Shown: positions 45,781 through 54,637 of the stretch, one piece after another
Position numbering within the stretch: position 1 is the stretch's first letter
How the letters are laid out: each line of letters begins with the position of its first letter
Source of the DNA: Bacteroidota bacterium
Lineage (GTDB): Bacteria; Bacteroidota; Bacteroidia; Chitinophagales; Chitinophagaceae
Direction: 5' to 3'
NCBI GenBank assembly: GCA_039795695.1
Contig: JBDKLG010000004.1
Coordinates: 1 to 54,637 of the forward strand
DNA length: 54,637 bases
The notes under the pieces: model-generated
Told to the model about the DNA's origin: nothing
Database searches by the model: none
The model's input: only the letters and a program-made list of their open reading frames with translations
Made by a program: the position numbers and the translations under genes

Positions 45781-46344
45781 ATGAATATTGAAATAATTAC
45801 AGGCAGCCCAAGAAAAGAAAGTGTGAGCTTTCGTGTTGCGCTCTACCTGAAAAACTATCTTTCCGCAAATACTGAACACCGGGTAAATATTATTGATGTG
45901 CGGGACTGGAAACTGCCCTTGTTACAGGAAGTGTTCAGCAGTGCGGATAATACACCGGAAGAATTTAAGCCGCTCGCTGATCGCATGTTTGCAGCAGATG
46001 CTTTTATATTGGTTACACCGGAATTTAATGGCAGTTATTCGCCTGCTTTGCAGAACCTGCTGGACCATTTCCCCAAACAGAGCCATAAAGCATTCGGTAT
46101 TGTAACGGCTTCAACGGGTGCAATGGGAGGTATAAGGGCCAGCCAGCAATTATTGCTGCTCATACCCGGCTTATTTGGTATTGCTTCGCCGCAAATGCTG
46201 TTAACACCCCTGGCCGATAAGAAGTTTGACAGGGAGGGAAACCTGCTGGATCCAGCCTTTGAAAGAAATATAACGGTTTTCCTGCGCGAATTTCTCTGGC
46301 TGGCAACAGCAGTCCACCCGGAATTAACAGCAGTATATAATTAA
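45781..46344 (+). CDS. NADPH-dependent FMN reductase
   Basis: 'ITGSPRKES', 'ADAFILVTPEFNGSY..ALQNLLD', 'GAMGG.RA'. Confidence 0.9.
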   Translation: MNIEIITGSPRKESVSFRVALYLKNYLSANTEHRVNIIDVRDWKLPLLQEVFSSADNTPEEFKPLADRMFAADAFILVTPEFNGSYSPALQNLLDHFPKQSHKAFGIVTASTGAMGGIRASQQLLLLIPGLFGIASPQMLLTPLADKKFDREGNLLDPAFERNITVFLREFLWLATAVHPELTAVYN

Positions 46345-46397
46345 CTTGAGGAAATGTGGCGGAGTTGTACCTTCGCCACTTTCTTTCAATTACCATC

Positions 46398-48245
46398 ATG
46401 AGCGACGAAATAAAACACGAATGTGGCCTGGCCTACATCCGGTTGCGAAAACCCTTCTCCTATTACCTGCAAAAACATGGGGCGGTTACCTACGGACTCA
46501 ATAAGTTATACCTCCTGATGGAGAAACAGCATAACCGCGGGCAGGATGGGGCAGGAATCGCTGCAGTTAAGCTCAATACAGAACCCGGCAACCCTTTTTT
46601 ACACAGAATGCGCAGCAATGCGCAACAACCCATTGCCGACCTTTTCTTCAAAATTGGCCAGGAAATAGCCGAGCTGGAAAAATACCAGGCAGATATCAGA
46701 CAGCATCCCGGATTAATGAAGGGACACCTTCCTTTTTTAGGAGAAGTTTTGCTGGGCCATTTGCGTTATGGCACACAGGGGAAAAACAATGTGGAATTTT
46801 GCCACCCTTTTATCAAAAGAGACCTGATGCCCGGAAAAAACCTGGCACTGGCGGGCAATTTCAACCTGGTTAATACGGATGAGCTGTTTGACCTCATTAA
46901 TATGAGTCCAGGCGATTTCCAAAAACAAAGTGACCTGGCTGCCATGATGGAAGTGTTGCATCATTTTCTTGCCAAGGAAGATGAACTTCATCCCAATACA
47001 GCAGATATTGCCAAAGTGCTCAAAAAAGCAACCCCGCTTTTTGATGGCGGTTATACCATTGGTGCTTTACTTGGCAATGGATACAGCTTTGTTATGCGCG
47101 ATGCACATGGAATCCGTCCGGCATACTATTATATCAACGACGAAGTAATTGTGGCTGCCAGCGAAAGGGCAGCTATCCGAACTACGTTCAATGTAGGCGA
47201 AAACGAAGTGCTGGAACTGATGCCCGGTATGGCACTGATAGTGGACGATGGAGGGAATTATAAAATTGAACAGGTACTTGAGCCAAAAGAGCGGAGAGCC
47301 TGCAGTTTCGAACGGATTTATTTCTCCAGGGGCAGTGATGAAAAAATTTACCGCGAAAGAATCGCATTGGGGCATCATTTGAGCCATACGGTTTTAGACC
47401 GGATCAACCATGATTTAAAAAACACCATTTTTTCCTATATACCCAACACAGCCGAAGTAGCTTTTTACGGTTTGGTAAAAGGCATGGAAGAATACCTGAA
47501 TAAAATCAAGGTGGAAAGGATCCTAAGCTGGGGCAATGAATTTACGGCTGAGAAACTGGAAGAAATGGTGAACCGTAAAATTCGCCAGGAAAAAATTGCC
47601 ATCAAAGATGTGAAGCTACGCACATTCATTACGGAAGATGCGAACAGAAATGAAATGGTGCAGCACGTATACGATATTACTTACGGCACGGTACGCAGGA
47701 ACGAAGATACCCTGGTGGTTATTGACGACAGTATTGTAAGGGGAACAACTTTAAAAGAAAGCATTGTTAGGATGCTGGCAAGGCTGAAGCCAAAAAAAAT
47801 TGTGGTGGTTTCTTCTGCTCCGCAGATACGTTACCCGGATTGTTACGGCATTGACATGAGCAAACTGGGCGATTTCATTGCATTTCGCGCCGCCATTGCA
47901 TTACTGAAGGAACGTAATATGGAACAGCTGCTCACCGAATTGCACCTTAAGGTAAAAGAACTGCAGCGAAACAATCAATTGCATACAGAAAACGTAGTAC
48001 GTCAGGTATATAAGCCATTTACGACAGAAGAAATTTCTGCAAAAATTGCCCAGTTGATTACACCTGCTGAAATAGACCTGAATGTGGAAGTGATTTACCA
48101 AACCATCGAAGACCTGCACGATAGCTGCCCCACCAATACAGGCGATTGGTACTTTACCGGTAATTACCCAACCCCGGGTGGTAACCGTGTGGTGAACAAG
48201 GCTTTCTTAAATTATATGGAAGGGAAAAATGTAAGGGGATATTAG
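46398..48245 (+). CDS. purF: Amidophosphoribosyltransferase (long Bacteroidota form)
   Basis: Propeptide then Ntn Cys 'HECG'; 'QHNRGQDGAG', 'GHLRYGT', 'RD.HGIRP', 'CSFERIYFSR', PRPP motif 'VVIDDSIVRGTT', 'YGIDM'. Confidence 0.88.
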   Translation: MSDEIKHECGLAYIRLRKPFSYYLQKHGAVTYGLNKLYLLMEKQHNRGQDGAGIAAVKLNTEPGNPFLHRMRSNAQQPIADLFFKIGQEIAELEKYQADIRQHPGLMKGHLPFLGEVLLGHLRYGTQGKNNVEFCHPFIKRDLMPGKNLALAGNFNLVNTDELFDLINMSPGDFQKQSDLAAMMEVLHHFLAKEDELHPNTADIAKVLKKATPLFDGGYTIGALLGNGYSFVMRDAHGIRPAYYYINDEVIVAASERAAIRTTFNVGENEVLELMPGMALIVDDGGNYKIEQVLEPKERRACSFERIYFSRGSDEKIYRERIALGHHLSHTVLDRINHDLKNTIFSYIPNTAEVAFYGLVKGMEEYLNKIKVERILSWGNEFTAEKLEEMVNRKIRQEKIAIKDVKLRTFITEDANRNEMVQHVYDITYGTVRRNEDTLVVIDDSIVRGTTLKESIVRMLARLKPKKIVVVSSAPQIRYPDCYGIDMSKLGDFIAFRAAIALLKERNMEQLLTELHLKVKELQRNNQLHTENVVRQVYKPFTTEEISAKIAQLITPAEIDLNVEVIYQTIEDLHDSCPTNTGDWYFTGNYPTPGGNRVVNKAFLNYMEGKNVRGY

Positions 48246-48263
48246 CGGTTTCCGAAAGAACGG

Positions 48264-49343
48264 CTATACCCTGTAACAAAACGCATTGATATTCATACCG
48301 GCACCTACGGATGCAAATAGTACAATATCTCCCTGCTCAATCCGGTGTGGCAATAGGTTGCCGTGTTTTACATGATCATACAACGTAGGAATAGTGGCAA
48401 CAGAGCTATTGCCAAATTTATGAATACTCATGGGCATGATGCCGGCAGGCACTTCTTTGATACCGTATAATTTGTACAGCACTTTTATAAAACCCTCATC
48501 CATTTTTTCATTGGCCTGGTGCAGGAAGAATTTTTTTACATCGGTTACCTGCAAGCCACATTTGTCCAAACAGGCTTTCATGGCAAGAGGAACATTTTTG
48601 ATGGCGTATTCATACACTTTCCGGCCCTTCATTTTCATGTAACGGATATCCGGGTCTGAGCCGGGGAAATTCGACTTGGCAAAATGTAAATAATAGGCTT
48701 CGTCAACGCAATGGCTTTGCATAGCTGTAGCCAGTATTCCGCTCTCATGATCTGCTGCGGGCATGGCTTCAATAACAGTAGCACCCGCACCATCACTGAA
48801 TATCATACTGTCTCTGTCGTAAATATCAATTACCCTGCTCAGTGTTTCCGCACCAATCACCAGGCATTTTTTGGCAAGTCCCGATTTAATATAAGCATCG
48901 GCCTGAATTACACCCTGTATCCATCCGGGGCATCCGAATAGGATATCATAAGCAACACAGTTTGGATTGCGGATGCCCAGTGAATGCTTGATCCTGGATG
49001 CAATAGCAGGTAATACATCCGTTTGAATTGTATGCTTCAGCACATTGCCAAAATTATGCGCCACAATAATCTGGTCGATTGTTTCCGGGTCAATGCCTGC
49101 ATCATCAATAGCCCTGCGTGCAGCAATGGCGCCCATGTCGGAAGTGTTCATTCCCTCATCGGCATAACGTCTTTCTTCAATACCGGTAATATCCCTGAAT
49201 TTGTCTACGATCTCATTTGGACCGGCAATAATCTGCTGGTTGTCTTCACCATAAAAATCCTGTAAAGCAAAATCACGGTTGGTCTTGATATTCGGAGGCA
49301 GATAACTTCCGGTACCGGTAATGACAGTTCTGGTTGGCAACAT
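48264..49343 (-). CDS. fabH: 3-oxoacyl-ACP synthase III
   Basis: 'ITGTGSYLP', 'TGIEERR', catalytic triad Cys (FGCPG), His (HQAN), Asn (GNSS), 'SVGAG'. Confidence 0.88.
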   Translation of the reverse strand: MLPTRTVITGTGSYLPPNIKTNRDFALQDFYGEDNQQIIAGPNEIVDKFRDITGIEERRYADEGMNTSDMGAIAARRAIDDAGIDPETIDQIIVAHNFGNVLKHTIQTDVLPAIASRIKHSLGIRNPNCVAYDILFGCPGWIQGVIQADAYIKSGLAKKCLVIGAETLSRVIDIYDRDSMIFSDGAGATVIEAMPAADHESGILATAMQSHCVDEAYYLHFAKSNFPGSDPDIRYMKMKGRKVYEYAIKNVPLAMKACLDKCGLQVTDVKKFFLHQANEKMDEGFIKVLYKLYGIKEVPAGIMPMSIHKFGNSSVATIPTLYDHVKHGNLLPHRIEQGDIVLFASVGAGMNINAFCYRV

Positions 49344-49490
49344 GCGCAATCGGTTAATTCCTCTGAGTAAAAACGTAAATATTTACCATGTACCTGAGGC
49401 TTTTTCAAAGGTAGTCATTATTCAGCTCGAAGATAAACGAGAAGAAAAAAATAGCCGATAAAAACGATTGAGCGTTAGTATAATTGGCTG

Positions 49491-50573
49491 TTACAAAAAT
49501 TTATCTCCTTTGTATCGCTTCACTTCCGCTACATATTCTTTGATGGCCTGTTCCTTTTCTTTTTTGCAGATCAACAAAACATCTTTGGTATCTACAATGA
49601 TGAAATCATCCAGTCCCTGTAAAACAAGCAGTTTGTTATTGGGTGCAGAAACCATGCATTTGGTGGCATCAATCACCACCACATTTTCTCCGGCAACAGC
49701 ATTGCCCAGGTAATCTTTCTCCAGGTTATCATAAGCACTGTTCCAGGTACCCAAATCGCTCCATCCGAATGAAGAAGGAATCACAAAAACATTGTCGGCT
49801 TTTTCCATGATGGCAATATCGATAGAAACATTGGTGCACAAAGGATAGATGCGGTTGATGGCATCCTGTTCATTGGGTGTATTGAAATTTTCTTTTTCAC
49901 CATCGAAGAGCTCATACATTTCGGGTTGGTACAGTTCAAAAGCCCTGACCACATTCTTCACTTTCCAAACAAATATCCCGGCATTCCAGAGAAAATCGCC
50001 GCTGGCTAAAAATGTTTTTGCCAACTCAAGGTTTGGCTTTTCCGTAAAAGTTTTTACCTGATAAATGCCATCGGCAACCGACATAGGCGCGTGCTGTATA
50101 TAACCATAGCCGGTATTGGGATGTGTGGGCTTGATGCCCAGGGTAACCAGGGATTTGATATGACTCACAAACTCAAGTGCCTGGGCAGTAATTTTTCTGA
50201 AATTATCATTGTCCAGAATCATGTGGTCTGCCGGCGCTACAATCAGCGAAGCTTCCGGGTCTTTCTGTAAAAGTTTGAAAGAAATATAAGCCACACAGGG
50301 AGCAGTATTTTTTCTGCTGGGCTCGGCAAGAATATTTTCAGCAGGCAATTCAGGTAATTGTTCGGCAACAATATGGCAGTATTCTGCAGAAGTAACAATG
50401 TAAATATTCTCTACGGGAATGAAGGCAGCATAGCGTTCAAATGTCCAGCGAATAAGGGATTTCCCGGTATTCAGGATATCCAGAAATTGTTTGGGAAAAC
50501 TGGTACGGCTGCTGGGCCAGAAACGACTTCCGATCCCACCTGCCATAATTGCTACATAATGATGCTTATTCAT
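49491..50573 (-). CDS. manC: Mannose-1-phosphate guanylyltransferase
   Basis: 'IMAGGIGSRFWP.SR..PKQF', 'EP..KNTAP', 'PADH', 'FTEKP', 'WNAGIF', 'GWSDLGTW'. Confidence 0.92.
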   Translation of the reverse strand: MNKHHYVAIMAGGIGSRFWPSSRTSFPKQFLDILNTGKSLIRWTFERYAAFIPVENIYIVTSAEYCHIVAEQLPELPAENILAEPSRKNTAPCVAYISFKLLQKDPEASLIVAPADHMILDNDNFRKITAQALEFVSHIKSLVTLGIKPTHPNTGYGYIQHAPMSVADGIYQVKTFTEKPNLELAKTFLASGDFLWNAGIFVWKVKNVVRAFELYQPEMYELFDGEKENFNTPNEQDAINRIYPLCTNVSIDIAIMEKADNVFVIPSSFGWSDLGTWNSAYDNLEKDYLGNAVAGENVVVIDATKCMVSAPNNKLLVLQGLDDFIIVDTKDVLLICKKEKEQAIKEYVAEVKRYKGDKFL

Positions 50574-50672
50574 CGGTTCTACATTGGTTATTGGCAATTT
50601 GCGAAGCAAAATTACAGGGTTATCCCTGCCTTTGAGGAATTAGTTCCTATTCTGTTTGGCATACGGCCCGGT

Positions 50673-51635
50673 TTATACAATTCCCTCCCTTATTAAATCA
50701 TGGATATGGAGGATACCCAGGTATTGCTGCTTGTTGGCCACTATCAATTGACTGATATCATGCGCCCTCATCAAATCCAAAGCTTCAACAGCCAGTAAAT
50801 CGGGTGCAATGGTTTTTGGGTTGGCGGATAAAATGTCTTTGGCTGTAATAGACCGGATCATATCTGTCTTTTCCAGCATTCTTCGCAGGTCGCCATCAGT
50901 AATAATGCCCGTAAGTTTGCCCGCTTCATCTACCACAGCCGTTACACCAAGCCTTTTTTCAGTGATTTCTACAATTACTTCTTTCAGGGTTGCATTGGCC
51001 AGTACTGCGGGTTTTTCATTTTTTTGGTAGAGCTCTTCTACACGGAGGTACAATCTCTTTCCCAGATTTCCTCCGGGATGGTATTTGGCAAAATCCTGCC
51101 CGGTAAAGCCATTCAGTTTCATCAGACAAATAGCCATCACATCGCCCATAACCATCTGGGCAGTAGTGCTGCTGGTTGGTGCCAGGTTATTGGGGCAGGC
51201 TTCTTTGCTAACGGTAGTATTGAGTACCAGTTCTGCATTGGCAGCCAGGTAACTATCCATATTACCCACCATCGCCAGCAAACTGTTACCGAAATTGCGG
51301 ATAAGGGGAACCAACACTTTGATTTCGGGGCTTTCGCCGCTTTTACTGATGATCATTACCAGGTCCGATTGCTGGATCATGCCCAGATCACCGTGAATGG
51401 CATCTGCAGCATGCATGAAAAGCGCGGGTGTGCCGGTAGAATTAAGCGTGGAAACAATTTTCTGTGCCACAATGCCGCTTTTACCAATTCCGGTAATTAC
51501 CAGCCTCCCCTTCGAAGCATGAATCAACTGAATCATTTTTTCGAAGGATTCGTTAAGATAAGCTGCCAGTCCGGCTACGGATTTAGCTTCTAACTCTATG
51601 GTTTCCAGTGCAATAGGAAGAATTGACTCATTCAT
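50673..51635 (-). CDS. kdsD: KpsF/GutQ family arabinose-5-phosphate isomerase
   Basis: 'GIGKSG', 'STGTPA', 'HGDLG', 'EACP.NLAPTSSTT', 'HPGG.LG', C-terminal CBS pair. Confidence 0.92.
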   Translation of the reverse strand: MNESILPIALETIELEAKSVAGLAAYLNESFEKMIQLIHASKGRLVITGIGKSGIVAQKIVSTLNSTGTPALFMHAADAIHGDLGMIQQSDLVMIISKSGESPEIKVLVPLIRNFGNSLLAMVGNMDSYLAANAELVLNTTVSKEACPNNLAPTSSTTAQMVMGDVMAICLMKLNGFTGQDFAKYHPGGNLGKRLYLRVEELYQKNEKPAVLANATLKEVIVEITEKRLGVTAVVDEAGKLTGIITDGDLRRMLEKTDMIRSITAKDILSANPKTIAPDLLAVEALDLMRAHDISQLIVANKQQYLGILHIHDLIREGIV

Positions 51636-51641
51636 GTAAAG

Positions 51642-51649
51642 CAAAGGTA
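51642..51649 (-). promoter_or_regulatory. -7 element for kdsD (near-leaderless)
   Basis: TACCTTTG on the - strand, 6 nt before the ATG. Confidence 0.55.
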
Positions 51650-51690
51650 AACTTTAACAGCAAACTCTGCATATTGCCCCTCCTCTTCAG

Positions 51691-51698
51691 TAACTTTG
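51691..51698 (+). promoter_or_regulatory. -7 element for recQ (divergent from kdsD)
   Basis: TAACTTTG, ~185 nt upstream of the recQ ATG. Confidence 0.5.
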
Positions 51699-51883
51699 CC
51701 CTCCTTTTTAACAAAATACCTGCTGAAAAAGGGAAATACCTACTGAATAATACCACCGGACCCCGTTTCGCTGTAAACCAAGCCGTTCAACATTTTTAAG
51801 TGAATATTTCCCCTAAAAAGAAGTAAATTATAGCTGATTATTATAAAGTGTTCCGCAGGGCGGAAAAAAACAGAATTTGATTC

Positions 51884-54166
51884 ATGGCAACAACAACAAA
51901 AAAAGCACCTGCTAAGAAACCGGCGGCCGGCACAAAAAAAGCCGCTTCCAAGGGTGTTTCCTCCGCTACCCATTCCTATGATATATATGGTGCATTAGAT
52001 AAGTATTTCGGATTCAGAGAGTTTAAGGGCACACAGGAACTGGCCATCAACAGTTTGCTCAACGGCAAAGACACATTTGTGATTATGCCCACCGGTGGAG
52101 GCAAAAGCTTGTGCTACCAGCTTCCTGCAATGATTATGCCCGGTTGCGCCATCATTGTTTCACCATTGATTGCATTGATGAAGAACCAGGTGGACCTTGT
52201 AAGGGGCTACAGCGAAAATGATGAAGTGGCACATTTTTTAAACTCATCGCTCAACAAGGGTCAGATCAAAGCCGTAAAAGATGACCTCACCAGCGGCAAA
52301 ACCAAACTTCTCTATGTTGCACCGGAAACTTTAACCAAGCAGGAAAACCTGGATTTTTTCAGCGACCTCACCATTTCTTTTTTTGCAGTAGATGAAGCCC
52401 ATTGTATTTCAGAATGGGGGCATGATTTCAGGCCGGAATACAGAAGACTGAGAGAAATGATGGATATCATCAATGATACAATCCCTGTTGTGGCATTAAC
52501 AGCAACGGCTACACCGAAAGTAAAAAGTGATATTGTTAAGAACCTGGGATTACGCGACCCCAATATTTACCTCTCTTCCTTTAACAGGGCCAACCTGTAT
52601 TATGAAATTCAGCCAAAGATTGAAAAAGAACAAACGATAAAAAGTATTGTCAAATTCATCAGTGGACATAAGGGGAAAAGCGGCATCATTTATACGCTGA
52701 ATAGAAAAACAACAGAAGAGCTTGCAGAGATATTGATGGCCAATCAGATCAAAGCAGTTGCTTACCACGCAGGCCTCGACCAGAAATTAAGGGCAGCAAG
52801 GCAGGACCAGTTTTTGAACGAAGATGTGCAGGTAATTGTTGCCACCATTGCATTTGGAATGGGTATCGACAAACCGGATATCAGGTTTGTGATACATTTC
52901 AATATTCCTAAGTCGATCGAAAACTATTACCAGGAAACCGGCAGGGCAGGCAGAGATGGTATGGAAGGATTGTGTGTATTGTATTACTCCCACAAAGATG
53001 TTTCCAAACTGGAACACCTGATGCGCGATAAGCCACTGAGCGAAAGAGAAGTAGGCGCACAACTCATTGATGAAACGGTTGCCTATGCAGAAAGTGCCGT
53101 TTGCAGAAGAAAAATACTGCTGCATTATTTTGGAGAAAACTGGGCCGAACCCAATTGCGGTAACTGTGATAACTGCCTGCATCCCAAAGAAAAAATTGAA
53201 GCCAGAGAAGAAGCAGTAAAAATATTGAAAGTAATCAAAGCACTGGATGAAAGGTTTACGGCCGATTATGTGGTAAATGTAGTAATGGGTAAACTAACGC
53301 CGCAGATCAATATTTACCGGCACGATGCATTGCCCGTATTTGCGATTGGCAATGACAAGGAACTGCATTTGTGGAATAGCCTGATACGACAGCTATTGCT
53401 GGAAAACCTGATCAAGAAAGACATTGAAGAATATGGTTTGCTGAAACTGACAGAAAAAGGCGAGAAGTTTTTGAAAAAGCCTGCTTCTTTTAAAATTGTA
53501 TTGAACAATACTTACGAAGAAGCCCAGTTTGATGAAGATGAGGGAGAGGGCCCGGCCCAGGCTGTGACAGCTGCAGATGAGAAATTATTCGACATGCTGA
53601 AAGATCTTCGGCAGAAAGAAGCCAAGAAGAAAAGCCTGCCCCCCTTTGTTATTTTCCTGGAAAATTCCTTACAGGATATGGCAACCATTTATCCCACTAC
53701 TTTGGAAGAAATGGAAAAATGCCAGGGCGTAAGCAAGGGCAAAGCAATCAAATACGGCAAACCATTCGTAGAAATGATTGCAAAATATGTGGATGAGAAC
53801 GAAATTGAGAAACCCGATGATTTTGTCATGAAGAGTGTGGCCAATAAAGGCAATAACAAGATTTACATTATTCAGAATGTAGACAAAAAAATCCCTCTGG
53901 AAACCATTGCCAAAAACAAGGCACTCAAACTGGATGAATTGCTGGAAGAAATGGAAACCATTGCCGCCAGTGGCACCAAACTGAACCTGGATTATGCCAT
54001 TGATGAATGGCTGGATGAATATGACCAGGAAGAAATCATTGACTATTTTAAAAGCTGCCAAACATCTTCTTTACAGGTTGCACAGGAAGAACTGAGCGAA
54101 AACAATTATAGCTGGGAACAGCTAAAAATCATGCGGATTAAGTTTTTAAGTGTATACGGGAACTAA
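51884..54166 (+). CDS. recQ: ATP-dependent DNA helicase RecQ
   Basis: '[12 protein letters not shown]', '[15 protein letters not shown]', 'TATAT', '[10 protein letters not shown]', RQC Zn 'CRR...CGNCDNC', HRDC region. Confidence 0.96.
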   Translation: MATTTKKAPAKKPAAGTKKAASKGVSSATHSYDIYGALDKYFGFREFKGTQELAINSLLNGKDTFVIMPTGGGKSLCYQLPAMIMPGCAIIVSPLIALMKNQVDLVRGYSENDEVAHFLNSSLNKGQIKAVKDDLTSGKTKLLYVAPETLTKQENLDFFSDLTISFFAVDEAHCISEWGHDFRPEYRRLREMMDIINDTIPVVALTATATPKVKSDIVKNLGLRDPNIYLSSFNRANLYYEIQPKIEKEQTIKSIVKFISGHKGKSGIIYTLNRKTTEELAEILMANQIKAVAYHAGLDQKLRAARQDQFLNEDVQVIVATIAFGMGIDKPDIRFVIHFNIPKSIENYYQETGRAGRDGMEGLCVLYYSHKDVSKLEHLMRDKPLSEREVGAQLIDETVAYAESAVCRRKILLHYFGENWAEPNCGNCDNCLHPKEKIEAREEAVKILKVIKALDERFTADYVVNVVMGKLTPQINIYRHDALPVFAIGNDKELHLWNSLIRQLLLENLIKKDIEEYGLLKLTEKGEKFLKKPASFKIVLNNTYEEAQFDEDEGEGPAQAVTAADEKLFDMLKDLRQKEAKKKSLPPFVIFLENSLQDMATIYPTTLEEMEKCQGVSKGKAIKYGKPFVEMIAKYVDENEIEKPDDFVMKSVANKGNNKIYIIQNVDKKIPLETIAKNKALKLDELLEEMETIAASGTKLNLDYAIDEWLDEYDQEEIIDYFKSCQTSSLQVAQEELSENNYSWEQLKIMRIKFLSVYGN

Positions 54167-54219
54167 GGATACCTTCCTCGTATTGTGCCTGATTTCAGGG
54201 TTTAGATTTTGTCCGCTGA

Positions 54220-54637
54220 TTATTTTATCTCTTTTAACTGGCTCACATTATTGTATTGGTCAACAGCTACAACAAAAACCCTTCTGTCTTTTGTGTCGGG
54301 TACTTTCGACAGGTCAATAAGGGTGGTCTTATCTGCGATGATCAGCTGAACCAACTGCGCAAGTGCAAATTTTATTTCGGTGTTCTGCGTAAGCGTCAGC
54401 ACACCAAAGGCCCTGATCTTTCCCTCGCTTTTATTGGTGACCTTAAAAAGGTTATTGCCCATTTTTTCAATGGCAGGCTGGGTTATCGTGGCATTGTTCA
54501 ACCAGGGCATGGGCGGAATGATGGCAGGATTGTGGTAATAATGGTTGCGTAAACTGTCGTTCCAGCCATTCGGGTTTTTATCAAAAGTTTTGCTGCTGAA
54601 ATAAACACTTCCCTGTGTGGAAGGGTATTCTCTCAGT
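54220..54637 (-). CDS. Glycosyl hydrolase-like family 10 (YddW/DigH-like) protein, 5'-truncated
   Basis: Frame is open to the window end; hand translation gives '...STQGSVYFSSK...DSLRNHYY.NPAIIPPMPWL', the typical C-terminus of GHL10 catalytic domains. Confidence 0.7.
   Translation of the reverse strand, partial: LREYPSTQGSVYFSSKTFDKNPNGWNDSLRNHYYHNPAIIPPMPWLNNATITQPAIEKMGNNLFKVTNKSEGKIRAFGVLTLTQNTEIKFALAQLVQLIIADKTTLIDLSKVPDTKDRRVFVVAVDQYNNVSQLKEIK

Noticed and set aside
51024-51593. Long antisense ORFs (e.g. 51024-51593, 13806-14354, 12367-12849, 4262-4705)
   Set aside because: They lie almost entirely opposite well-supported genes, show no recognisable motifs, and are best explained as shadow ORFs.

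Overview
Gene-dense core-chromosome segment of a Bacteroidota bacterium, most like Chitinophagaceae (TAnnTTTG -7 promoters, Bacteroidota-type bamA-skp-skp-murI, recQ and purF). Left to right: partial bamA-skp-skp-murI; rpmH-rnpA-yidD; sodA, tadA and YdeI; an ~11 kb glycoside 3-oxidation (3-ketoglycoside) catabolic cluster (DUF1080, cytochrome c, three TIM-barrel enzymes, two Gfo/Idh/MocA dehydrogenases, GMC flavoprotein plus Tat subunit, MFS); ALDH-gpx, dusB, CPBP, cdsA-psd, yjjG and an SDR; an FAH-family/flavin-reductase operon interrupted by a four-helix-bundle (23S rRNA-IVP/Avd-like) gene; a GH9-deacetylase fusion; metB-like, GH13, acpH and SdpI genes; a GT87-GT2-deacetylase cassette; a deoxyhypusine-synthase-like gene followed by a structured RNA; a MarR-pirin-pirin-YceI-FMN reductase unit with a palindromic operator; purF, fabH, manC, kdsD, recQ and a partial GHL10 gene. 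I saw no tRNA, rRNA, CRISPR array, transposase, integrase or reverse transcriptase. The most intriguing signal is an AT-rich four-helix-bundle gene bracketed by inverted arrays of 8-bp repeats (AATCCGYW family). An apparently gene-less copy of the same inverted-array architecture lies at ~20.1-20.2 kb, and other short 7-bp arrays sit at gene junctions, suggesting a transposase-free cassette or mRNA intervening-sequence system. All family assignments come from motif recognition by eye; no database searches were run.
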